Shown in pieces: positions 53,301-64,000 of a DNA stretch of 64,000 nt (its first letter is position 1; the number at the start of each line of letters is the position of its first letter). Made by a program: the position numbers and the translations under genes. Source of the DNA: Eledone cirrhosa (lineage: Eukaryota); NCBI GenBank assembly GCA_964016885.1, contig OZ024752.1:40114001-40178000 (forward strand). The letters run 5' to 3'. Below the pieces are notes generated by a model. The model was not told the origin of the DNA. It searched no databases and worked only from the letters and a program-made list of their open reading frames with translations.

Positions 53301-56079
53301 TTTCAACAACATGGTGGTGATTCAATGTAGCTACTGTTTCAACAACATGGTGGTGATTCAATGCTACTGTTTCAACAACATGGTGGTAATTCAATGCTAC
53401 TGTTTCAACAACATGGTGGTGATTCAATGCTACTGTTTCAACAACATGGTGGTAATTCAATGCTACTGTTTCAACAACATGGTGGTGATTCAATGCTACT
53501 GTTTCAACAACATGGTGGTGATTCAATGCTACTGTTTCAACAACATGGTGGTGATTCAATGCTACTGTTTCAACAACATGGTGGTAATTCAATGCTACTG
53601 TTTCAACAACATGGTGGTAATTCAATGCTACTGTTTCAACAACATGGTGGTGATTCAATGTTACTGTTTCAACAACATGGTGGTGATTCAATGTAGCTAC
53701 TGTTTCAACAACATGGTGGTGATTCAATGTAGCTACTGTTTCAACAACATGGTGGTGATTCAATGTTACTGTTTCAACAACATGGTGGTGATTCAATGTT
53801 ACTGTTTCAACAACATGGTGGTGATTCAATGTTACTGTTTCAACAACATGGTGGTGATTCAATGTTACTGTTTCAACAACATGGTGGTGATTCAATGTAG
53901 CTACTGTTTCAACAACATGGTGGTGATTCAATGCTACTGTTTCAACAACATGGTGGTGATTCAATGTTACTGTTTCAACAACATGGTGGTGATTCAATGT
54001 AGCTACTGTTTCAACAACATGGTGGTGATTCAATGCTACTGTTTCAACAACATGGTGGTGATTCAATGTTACTGTTTCAACAACATGGTGGTGATTCAAT
54101 GTTACTGTTTCAACAACATGGTGGTGATTCAATGTTACTGTTTCAACAACATGGTGGTGATTCAATGTTACTGTTTCAACAACATGGTGGTGATTCAATG
54201 TAGCTACTGTTTCAACAACATGGTGGTGATTCAATGCTACTGTTTCAACAACATGGTGGTGATTCAATGTAGCTACTGTTTCAACAACATGGTGGTGATT
54301 CAATGTAGCTACTGTTTCAACAACATGGTGGTGATTCAATGTTACTGTTTCAACAACATGGTGGTGATTCAATGTTACTGTTTCAACAACATGGTGGTGA
54401 TTCAATGTTACTGTTTCAACAACATGGTGGTGATTCAATGTTACTGTTTCAACAACATGGTGGTGATTCAATGTTACTGTTTCAACAACATGGTGGTGAT
54501 TCAATGTAGCTACTGTTTCAACAACATGGTGGTGATTCAATGTTACTGTTTCAACAACATGGTGGTGATTCAATGCTACTGTTTCAACAACATGGTGGTA
54601 ATTCAATGCTACTGTTTCAACAACATGGTGGTGATTCAATGCTACTGTTTCAACAACATGGTGGTGATTCAATGCTACTGTTTCAACAACATGGTGGTAA
54701 TTCAATGCTACTGTTTCAACAACATGGTGGTGATTCAATGTTACTGTTTCAACAACATGGTGGTGATTCAATGTAGCTACTGTTTCAACAACATGGTGGT
54801 GATTCAATGTTACTGTTTCAACAACATGGTGGTGATTCAATGCTACTGTTTCAACAACATGGTGGTGATTCAATGCTACTGTTTCAACAACATGGTGGTG
54901 ATTCAATGTAGCTACTGTTTCAACAACATGGTGGTGATTCAATGCTACTGTTTCAACAACATGGTGGTGATTCAATGTAGCTACTGTTTCAACAACATGG
55001 TGGTGATTCAATGTAGCTACTGTTTCAACAACATGGTGGTGATTCAATGCTACTGTTTCAACAACATGGTGGTGATTCAATGCTACTGTTTCAACAACAT
55101 GGTGGTGATTCAATGCTACTGTTTCAACAACATGGTGGTGATTCAATGTAGCTACTGTTTCAACAACATGGTGGTGATTCAATGCTACTGTTTCAACAAC
55201 ATGGTGGTGATTCAATGTAGCTACTGTTTCAACAACATGGTGGTGATTCAATGTAGCTACTGTTTCAACAACATGGTGGTGATTCAATGCTACTGTTTCA
55301 ACAACATGGTGGTGATTCAATGTTACTGTTTCAACAACATGGTGGTGATTCAATGTTACTGTTTCAACAACATGGTGGTGATTCAATGTTACTGTTTCAA
55401 CAACATGGTGGTGATTCAATGTAGCTACTGTTTCAACAACATGGTGGTGATTCAATGTAGCTACTGTTTCAACAACATGGTGGTGATTCAATGTTACTGT
55501 TTCAACAACATGGTGGTGATTCAATGTTACTGTTTCAACAACATGGTGGTGATTCAATGCTACTGTTTCAACAACATGGTGGTGATTCAATGTTACTGTT
55601 TCAACAACATGGTGGTGATTCAATGTAGCTACTGTTTCAACAACATGATGGTGATTCAATGTTACTGTTTCAACAACATGGTGGTGATTCAATGTTACTG
55701 TTTCAACAACATGGTGGTGATTCAATGTAGCTACTGTTTCAACAACATGGTGGTGATTCAATGCTACTGTTTCAACAACATGGTGGTGATTCAATGTAGC
55801 TACTGTTTCAACAACATGGTGGTGATTCAATGTTACTGTTTCAACAACATGGTGGTGATTCAATGTTACTGTTTCAACAACATGGTGGTGATTCAATGTT
55901 ACTGTTTCAACAACATGGTGGTGATTCAATGTTACTGTTTCAACAACATGGTGGTGATTCAATGTTACTGTTTCAACAACATGGTGGTGATTCAATGTAG
56001 CTACTGTTTCAACAACATGGTGGTGATTCAATGCTACTGTTTCAACAACATGGTGGTGATTCAATGTAGCTACTGTTTC
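50318..56079. repeat. 5.8-kb satellite of 30/33-bp units
   Basis: TACTGTTTCAACAACATGGTGGTGATTCAATG(C/T/TAGC), roughly 185 near-identical units. Confidence 0.97.
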
Positions 56080-56434
56080 TACAAAGACAATGTGTAAGGC
56101 TCAATGTGATTTTATAGTCCACAGAAAGATAGATAAAAAACAGTTCAGAGTTTAATCCAATAGGTAAATTTCCAATCATGGTATGGAATATTCTTCTTTG
56201 TCTAACAAAATGGCCGTAAAGAAATTACTGTTTGTACTTTATATATACATATAACCCTCAGTTGTATCAAAGACGTGACAACCTCTCCTGTACACTCAGT
56301 GGAATATGAGACACAGATCCCTGGCCTGTCTGAGAGATCAGTAGCCCTGCTTCAGTTCTGATTTGGTCTATGTAGACCTGTTCAACTTTTGCTAGCAGGG
56401 AAAACAGACGTTAAAACGATGATGATGATGATGA

Positions 56435-56481
<47 letters not shown>

Positions 56482-56723
56482 CACCCTTTTACGTCCATTC
56501 TTCCATGCTAGCATGGGTTAGATGGTTGTGGATAGTGCCCGGTCGACTGACCTTGTCTTGCTCATACGGGAACTGATTTTGGCTTGATTTTTCTACAGCT
56601 GGATGTCCTTCCTAATACCAGCCTCATTTACAGTGAGTGCTGGGTGCTTTTTTTCCATGGCACCTACACATCCACTTTGCAGTGTGTGCGTGTGAGAGGG
56701 GGGAGGGACATATTGTCTACATG

Positions 56724-57070
56724 CTACAGCTTCGGTGTGTACCCTTGTGACATCAGGTCTTCTTTATTACATAGGTCACGGTCCTGTGTCATCGCCTTTG
56801 AGGGGTGCAATTGGGTAAGGTCGGCTTTTATCACCTCATCCCAGGTCTTCTTGGGTTTTCCCACTCCACGGCTTCCTTCAACTTCTAGTTCTCTGCACCT
56901 TTTTATGCAGCTGTCATCCTTCATACGCATCACGTGTCTATACCAACACAACCTCCTCTCCTGCACACAGCATTTGATTCCTCTTATGCTCAGTCTCTCT
57001 CAATTCGTTTATGCTTTGCCGTTCACATATATTACTATTACACATCCATTGGAGCATGCAAGCTTCTTTT
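56724..57070 (-). mobile_element. RTE-clade LINE 3' fragment
   Basis: MQERRLCWYRHVMRM...VEGSRGVGKPKKTW. Confidence 0.8.
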
Positions 57071-57846
57071 CTTTCTGTTCTCTCTCTATCATCATCATCA
57101 TCATCGTTTAACGTCTATCTTCGATGCTAGCATGGGTTTAGACGAGAATTGTCCCACTTGAGTCAAGATTGGTCATCTCGCTCGTATAGGACTGTCTGGC
57201 AGGTTTATATCATTTCATCATTTCATTTTACGTCCGCTTTTTCCCTGCTTGCACGGGAACTGATTCTGGCTTGAATTCTACAGCTGGATGCCCTTCCTAA
57301 CACCAACCTCGTTGACAGTGAGTGCTGGGTGCTTTTTTGCCGTGGCGCCTACACATCCACTTTACAGTGTGGGCTGGGTGCTTTTTTGCCGTGGCACCTC
57401 CACGGCCACTTTGCAGTGGAATGATAGGGACCCTAGTCCTATCATCTCATTTCTACAGCTGAGTAAACTGGAACAATGTGAAAATAAGGTGTCTTGCTCA
57501 AGGACACAACACATCACCTGGTCTGAGAATTGAACTCACAACCTTTCGATTGCAAGGCCAATGCTCTAACCACTAAGCCACGTGCCTCCATATATATATA
57601 TATATATATAAATGAGAGGTATAGAGATTATTTTAGCGAGAAGCTAACAGCATTCTATAACATATATGCAACTATAACGTCAAGATGGGAAAAGTAGTTA
57701 ACGTAAGATTTAGGAAAAATAATTTAAACTCATCTCAGAAGAGAATCAGGATACAAATTCATCCACAGAATTTAGTGCAATCCAGGGAAAAATCAAATAT
57801 ATATATATATATATATGGAGGCACGTGGCTTAGTGGTTAGAGCATT

Positions 57847-57940
<94 letters not shown>

Positions 57941-57945
57941 ATATA

Positions 57946-58039
<94 letters not shown>

Positions 58040-58470
58040 TATATACACATATATATATATATATATCCAATGCTCTAACCACTAAGCCACGTGCCTCCAT
58101 ATATATATATATATATATCATCATCATCATCATCATCATCAGGTTTAGCGTCCGTGTTCCACGCTTGCATGGGTTTGGACGGGGGTTTTCCCACTTGAGG
58201 CAAGAGTGGTTGTCTTGCTCGCATAGGACTGTCTGGCGGGTTTTCTACAGTTGGATACCCTTCCTAACACCAACCACATTTACAGTGTGGGGCTGGGAGG
58301 TTTTTACCGTGTTGCCTACACGGCCACATTACAGCGTGGACTGTCTGGCGGGTTTTCTACAGCTGGATGCCCTTCCTAACACCAACCACATTTACAGTGT
58401 GGGGCTGGGAGGTTTTTACCGTGTTGCCTACACGGCCACATTTACAGCGTGGACTGTGTGTTTTTTTGTC

Positions 58471-58614
<144 letters not shown>

Positions 58615-59004
58615 TAACCCTTAGCCCCACACCCTCAATAAATACGGGACCCTTGTAGTTCTAGTGTGTGAGTATTTGAGGAGGTGCAAGGTCAAAAGTG
58701 AATATGAGATAAGATCTTCAACCCTTGATAGGAAGCCAGTTTATTGCTAGTAATATTTATATTTGTTCTATCTATTGTCAATAGTTAGATGACATAACAA
58801 AACATCTTCAGCTGATTTTGAATTTGTAAGTCAATAGTCTAAGGCCTTATCAATATAGCTATTTCATATTATAATAATAATAATAATGAAATATTGTGTA
58901 CAGTGCTCAGGTGCACTACAACTCATCAAAAAGTGTATGTATAGTACATAGGGTAATGTACAAACATCAGGAAAATGAACAGTGCATGAGTCATGATATA
59001 CACA

Positions 59005-59280
59005 TAATAATGAAATTATTGTGTAAAGTGCTCAGGTGCACTACAACTCGTCAAAGGTGTATGTATAGTACATAGAATAATACACAAATGTCAGAGAAGT
59101 ACATGTGTGTATGTGTTAGCTGTAGTGTTGGCGGATCTCGGGAAGCATGGAGGCCTTAAAGGATGCAGTGTCTCGACAGCTAACAACTGATGCAGGTAGT
59201 TTGTTCCATGCTTCAGCAACTCTGAGCGTGAAAAAATGTTTCCGAAAGTCATGGGAACTGTGCTGTTTTCTGACTTTGTT
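59005..59280 (-). mobile_element. CR1-clade LINE 3' fragment
   Basis: KVRKQHSSHDFRKHFFTLRV... plus the same 3' UTR and tail. Confidence 0.85.
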
Positions 59281-60797
59281 CACAGAGTTAATGAACATAG
59301 ATTTTTAACCTTGCTGTGGAAAGTAAGTAAAGTGGTTAGAGCAACTCACAGTGAAAATGTGAGATTAATGGGAGCAGTTATAGCCATGTTAGACTAGGAC
59401 TACCCAACATCATGTCAAGAAATCCATTGACATTATATAAAAATAAGGGCATTATATAAAAATAAAAGGGCGGTGGATTGGCAGTATCAGTAGAGGGTCG
59501 GACGCCATGCTTTCCAGCATAGTTACGTCCCTTTATGATCTGAGTTCAAATCCCGCTGAGGTTGACTTTGCCTTTCATCCTTACGGGGTCGATAAAATAA
59601 AGTACCAGTAATGCACTGGGTAATTGCTGGCCTTGTGCCTAAAGTAGAGACAATTATATAAAAAATAATTGAGCAGTATCTAATAGAAACAAAATATACT
59701 ATTAACCCTTTAGCATTTAAACCGGCCATATCTGACCAGAATTCTCTCACCTCTTTCTGTTCAAATTGGCCATAACTGGCCATGTTAAAGTATTGTTCTC
59801 AAAATAAATAATTGTTTCTACTTTAGGCACAAGGCCAGCAATTACCCAGTGCATTACTGGTACTTTATTTTATCGACCCCGTAAGGATGAAAGGCAAAGT
59901 CAACCTCGGCGGGATTTGAACTCAGATCGTAAAGGGACGTAACTATGCTGGAAAGCATGGCGTCCGACCCTCTACTGATACTGCCAATCCACCGCCAAAT
60001 AAATAATATCAAAATCTTATAGATTCGATATTATGTGAGGTAACGCCTTTACCATGAAAAGATAATAATATATATAGAGTAATGTAAATGCTAAAGGGTT
60101 AAAGGAAACAGAAAAGGAAGAAAAAGGAAATGAAAAGAAGAAAAAGAAAAAAAAGGATCAAGCAACAAAAGAAAGGGAAGAGTGGGGGTGGGGGTGGGGG
60201 TGGGGGGACAGATACTACACCCCAGTCTAAGCAGTGCCTCAGCCATGCCCCCTGAACAAAATGACAAAGGCAATACCATGGAGAATGACCAGAGACAGCT
60301 GCTACAACAGCCACCTCACAAGGCCCCTTCCTCAAGCAGGCCACTGTCTTTTCTGACTTTATGGAGGAAATCAGCAGTGTGTGGGGGGGGGATCAAGGAT
60401 GATAGAGGTCTCAACAGAGACTGGGGAAAAGAGGAAGCGGTCAGTCAGGACTCTGCATTGTGGGCAGTGGAGCCTGGGTTTGTGGCTGAAGTGACAATAT
60501 TGGAGGTGGAGAATGAGTAGTTGGATATCACAGCTGTCTACAAAAAGATTACTACCTTATAGCTATTCACACTATATACAAAGTTAGACACAACCAAACT
60601 GGTTAGTTTAATTTGTTGAAGATATGAATAGCTGTTGAATTAATAAGTGAGACTAAATTTTGATGTTTATTTAAAAATGTATATCTTACCTTACATTTCA
60701 AATTATTCAAAAATGGAGTGTAGTAGTTGCATTATATATAAATATTGTCCAACCCATGCAAGCATGGAGAAGCATACATAAAAACGATGAAAATGAT

Positions 60798-60877
<80 letters not shown>

Positions 60878-60979
60878 AATGAAGTAATTCCATCGGAAAA
60901 GTCCAGGAAAAAAGAGTGCTCTATGTATGCAACAGAGCTTAATTATTATTATTATGTAATAAACAACATAAGGCAATTA

Positions 60980-61039
60980 TTCCATTTACCAGTGGTTTCT
61001 TAAAAGCAAAAGGTTTTGCTTTCAATCCTCAGAATGAAA
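60980..61039 (-). ncRNA. Type I hammerhead ribozyme (left arm of palindrome)
   Basis: Exact reverse complement of 61050-61109. Confidence 0.75.
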
Positions 61040-61049
61040 AATCCTGGTT

Positions 61050-61109
61050 TTTCATTCTGAGGATTGAAAGCAAAACCTTTTGCTTTTAAGAAACCACTGG
61101 TAAATGGAA
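61050..61109 (+). ncRNA. Type I hammerhead ribozyme (right arm of palindrome)
   Basis: UUUCAUU-CUGAGGA-UUGAAAGCAAAA/UUUUGCUUUUAA-GAAA-CC(ACU)GG-UA^-AAUGGAA. Confidence 0.75.
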
Positions 61110-61473
61110 TAATTGCCTTATGTTGTTTATTACATAATAATAATATATATATATATATATTAAAACTTTATGACTCACAGGGATATGGTGCATCTATTCT
61201 AAATTGGATACCCATGTATATATATAGAACCAGAGCCAAACCCAGCTCTGGTTCTATGAAACAAAACCACTCATTTTAAAGGTTTCCAATTTAAATCATT
61301 AAATCTTCCAGCATTATTCTATATAAGAACCTTACATTAAGTTACTATGTTAGTAATGAATTAATTAATAATTTTAATAAATCCCTCAAAATTCTTCATT
61401 AATTAATTAAGATCGAGTTTATTTCATTAGAAATGTGGTCATGAATGGGTTACAGTTTTAAATAAGACCTTAC

Positions 61474-61533
61474 CTTAGGTTGATAATTTGTTGCTGGCCC
61501 TTCACTGATATTAGATGTTGATTCTAATGTCAT
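61474..61533 (-). CDS. 7-TM gustatory-receptor-like gene, putative coding exon 1 (MTLESTSNISEGPATNYQPK)
   Basis: First in-frame ATG after an upstream stop; AAG|GTAAGG donor, phase 0; acceptor CTTCTTTCAG at 61718-61719 would give a 5' UTR. Link to downstream exons rests on phase only. Confidence 0.5.
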
Positions 61534-61999
61534 CTTTGAATAGTTTCTATATGTTGTTCTTGATGTGACAACATGGTAGAAATGAACTTTACGCTAATAA
61601 ATCTCCTTACTTTTATTTTTTTATCAAATCTCCTTATTTTTATTTTTTTATTAAATCACTTTGTTTTTATTTTCTATTTCGTTTTTTTTTTTTTGTTTTT
61701 TGTTTGTGTTTTGTAGCCTGAAAGAAGTTTTGACAAGGTTATAGGACTTTGAGTGTGATAAGAATTATTTTTTTAAAATTGATAATTGATAATAGCTTAA
61801 ATGATTGATAAATTTATTATTGATAGCTTTAGAAGTGTGTTGTTACAATAAATGGCAATGTAAGCAGTAATTTATTCAATATTTTATTTTAATTCTAACA
61901 ATGCAATCATAGGCTTGAAGGAGTTACTTTGTTGCTAAAACTTAACTAAATTTATTCCATATGCTACCACTGTATATGAAATTTAAGGTTCAGTTTGCC

Positions 62000-62215
62000 T
62001 CATGGTCCCAGCAGACATGATAGAGAAGACATCGCCCCAGAGGATGATGAGAGATATGCTGGAACAGCCACTCCACTTCACAGATTTCACACCTGTGAGT
62101 AACCAACTCCACTCCAATAGCAGCGAGTAGGGATGTGGTGCAGGGGCCAAGAACACTGGAAGTCTCCACTGCCAGACTTGACTACAAACCTATTAGAGAG
62201 TGGCCAATACTCTTA
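62000..62215 (-). mobile_element. CRE-like retrotransposon 3' fragment
   Basis: AVETSSVLGPCTTSLLAAIG...EVEWLFQHIS; a related fragment near 60240-60540. Confidence 0.65.
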
Positions 62216-62594
62216 TCATCCTATATCACATGAAACCACATTAATTAGACAGTCTGCCAAGTGTATCTTATTGTGGTACAAGCACTAGAGAAGTTATCAT
62301 GTCCTTGACACAATTGAAGGGTCCTCCCAGCCTTTTGTTTGGCAAGCCACAGGTGCTAAAAATGCAAAGATACTGGAATAACTAAGCATCCTTGCAGGTT
62401 TCACCAGGAAAGCAAGATACTAACAATGACACAAACCTCACAGTCAGCAACCCAACTTCCTTACATGTCTTGAATGCCATACGTTGAAAAACAAACGTTT
62501 GTCAATAATTGCTGGTATTTTTGTATTTTCTCCCATTCAACTACAGCTGTGGTGACCAATGGAGCCAAGAGGCTTGCCATGACGATGATGATGA

Positions 62595-62630
<36 letters not shown>

Positions 62631-62634
<4 letters not shown>

Positions 62635-63389
62635 GAGACGTATAGAGATTGTTTTAGCAAGAAGCTAACGGCATTCTATAACATATATGCGACTATAACG
62701 TCAAGATGGGAAAAGTAGTTAACGAAAGATTTAGGAAAAATAACTCAAACTCATCTCAAAAGAGAATCAGGATACAAATTCATCCACAGAATTTAGTAAA
62801 ATCCATGGAAAAATCTATAGACCTTTAACTCATGATAAAACAAAGTTTGAAACACTTATCCTTCAATTTGGAATAACATCAAATGCTCTGTATAGTCTTA
62901 AAAGACTATTTCATGAAAACTTTCAGTGGAGATGGTCACGGTTGGAATATCATTCATCAGCAGAGCTCAACAGAAAACCAGGGCTCTCACAGTAATATAG
63001 TCCGAAAAAGGGAATTCTAAAACTGGCTAGTTCGCCTTCATGTGTATTTATGAAAAAGCACATGAGGAAAAAACGGGGCTAGTGACGTCAGGATGGAAGT
63101 GAATGTTTATTTACAAGAAATAGCAGTCAAATACATTCTGAAAAAAACTCTACAAGGAGTTCAGCAAAATAGCAATAATTATCACAGTTTTTATGAAAAA
63201 AACCGGGATTAGTCACAGATAGTTTAAGCACTCTAGGAAAAGAATCCGAGTATAAATATAAATGAGACGTATAGAGATTGTTTTAGCAAGAAGCTAACGG
63301 CATTCTATAACATATATGCGACTATAACGTCAAGATGGGAAAAGTAGTTAACGAAAGATTTAGGAAAAATAACTCAAACTCATCTCAAA

Positions 63390-63392
<3 letters not shown>
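62631..63392 (-). mobile_element. Hammerhead-containing element with 133-bp terminal direct repeat (629-bp unit), in (TA)n; retrozyme/Penelope-like
   Basis: 62631-62763 is repeated at 63260-63392; (TA)n on both sides; diverged partial copy near 57610-57795. Confidence 0.65.
62885..62966 (-). ncRNA. Type I hammerhead ribozyme
   Basis: GCUCUG-CUGAUGA-AUGA..UCAU-GAAA-UAGUCUU(UU)AAGACUA-UA^-CAGAGC: 6-bp stem I, full catalytic core, long stem III. Confidence 0.8.
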
Positions 63393-63429
<37 letters not shown>

Positions 63430-63584
63430 TAACCCCTAGTCACAAAACCTTAATAAATATGGATCCCCTCCCCCATTTCATGGCTCACCTGGAGGTTTGT
63501 GGCTCTGCTTGAGTACTAACTAGTCTGTGGTGACACTTCTAACACTTGCTAGAAGGGAAAATGGAGGTTAAACAAGTAAAAATA

Positions 63585-63942
63585 CCTTTTTGATTTCCAT
63601 GTGTCTAACACACGTGGACATGCCCACAAAGTCAGAAAACAGCACAGTTCCCATGACTTTTGGAAACATTTTTTCACGCTCAGAGTTGCTGAAGCATGGA
63701 ACAAACTACCTGCACCAGTTGTAAGCTGTCGAGACACTGCATCCTTTAAGGCCTCCATGCTTCCCGAGATCCGCCAACACTACAGCTAATGTTCCCCCTC
63801 CATACACATACACATACACACATGTATACCATGACTCTTCACTTCCCTGACATTTGTGTATTATTCTATGTACTATACACCTTTGATGAGTTGTAGTGTA
63901 CCTGAGCACTTTACACAATAATTTCATTATTATTATTATTAT
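63585..63942 (+). mobile_element. CR1-clade LINE 3' fragment
   Basis: Near-identical to 38555-38886. Confidence 0.85.
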
Positions 63943-64000
63943 AATGATTTTAATCAATATTTTTTTTTACTCGGCATATTGAGAGTAAGCGTTGGGGAGT

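Larger units (their letters stand above)
60950..61142. repeat. Palindrome (about 92-bp arms)
   Basis: Arms are exact reverse complements around TCCTGG. Confidence 0.9.

Noticed and set aside
50263-56097. 1944-aa and 1921-aa ORFs as genes; CRISPR-like appearance
   Set aside because: Pure tandem repeat with unit lengths divisible by 3, no unique spacers, no cas genes, eukaryotic intron

Overview
AT-rich, repeat-dense animal genomic DNA. The SINE families and (TA)n/(CAT)n microsatellite load suggest an octopus or other cephalopod (inference). Two protein-coding genes lie on the minus strand. (1) The 5' end of OGDH (2-oxoglutarate dehydrogenase E1): first coding exon 511-744, with a probable non-coding exon and CRE/CCAAT promoter near 1394-1490. 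(2) A spliced 12-exon gene (61533 to 17185, about 519 aa), reconstructed by hand from GT-AG sites with consistent phases and largely missed by the ORF track. It encodes a 7-TM protein with gustatory-receptor-like (7TMIC, probably GrlHz-type) features. The introns and intergenic DNA hold tRNA-derived SINEs, 3' fragments of CR1, RTE, Tx1 and restriction-like-endonuclease LINEs, and piggyBac/hAT/mariner MITEs. Many minisatellites are amplified from transposon-internal segments, and there is a 5.8-kb 30/33-bp satellite. The most unexpected signal is at least six sequence families of small, mostly (TA)n-associated elements carrying type I hammerhead ribozyme folds, several arranged as partial tandem repeats or perfect palindromes (retrozyme/Penelope-like). 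The long ORFs in the track are repeat artefacts.
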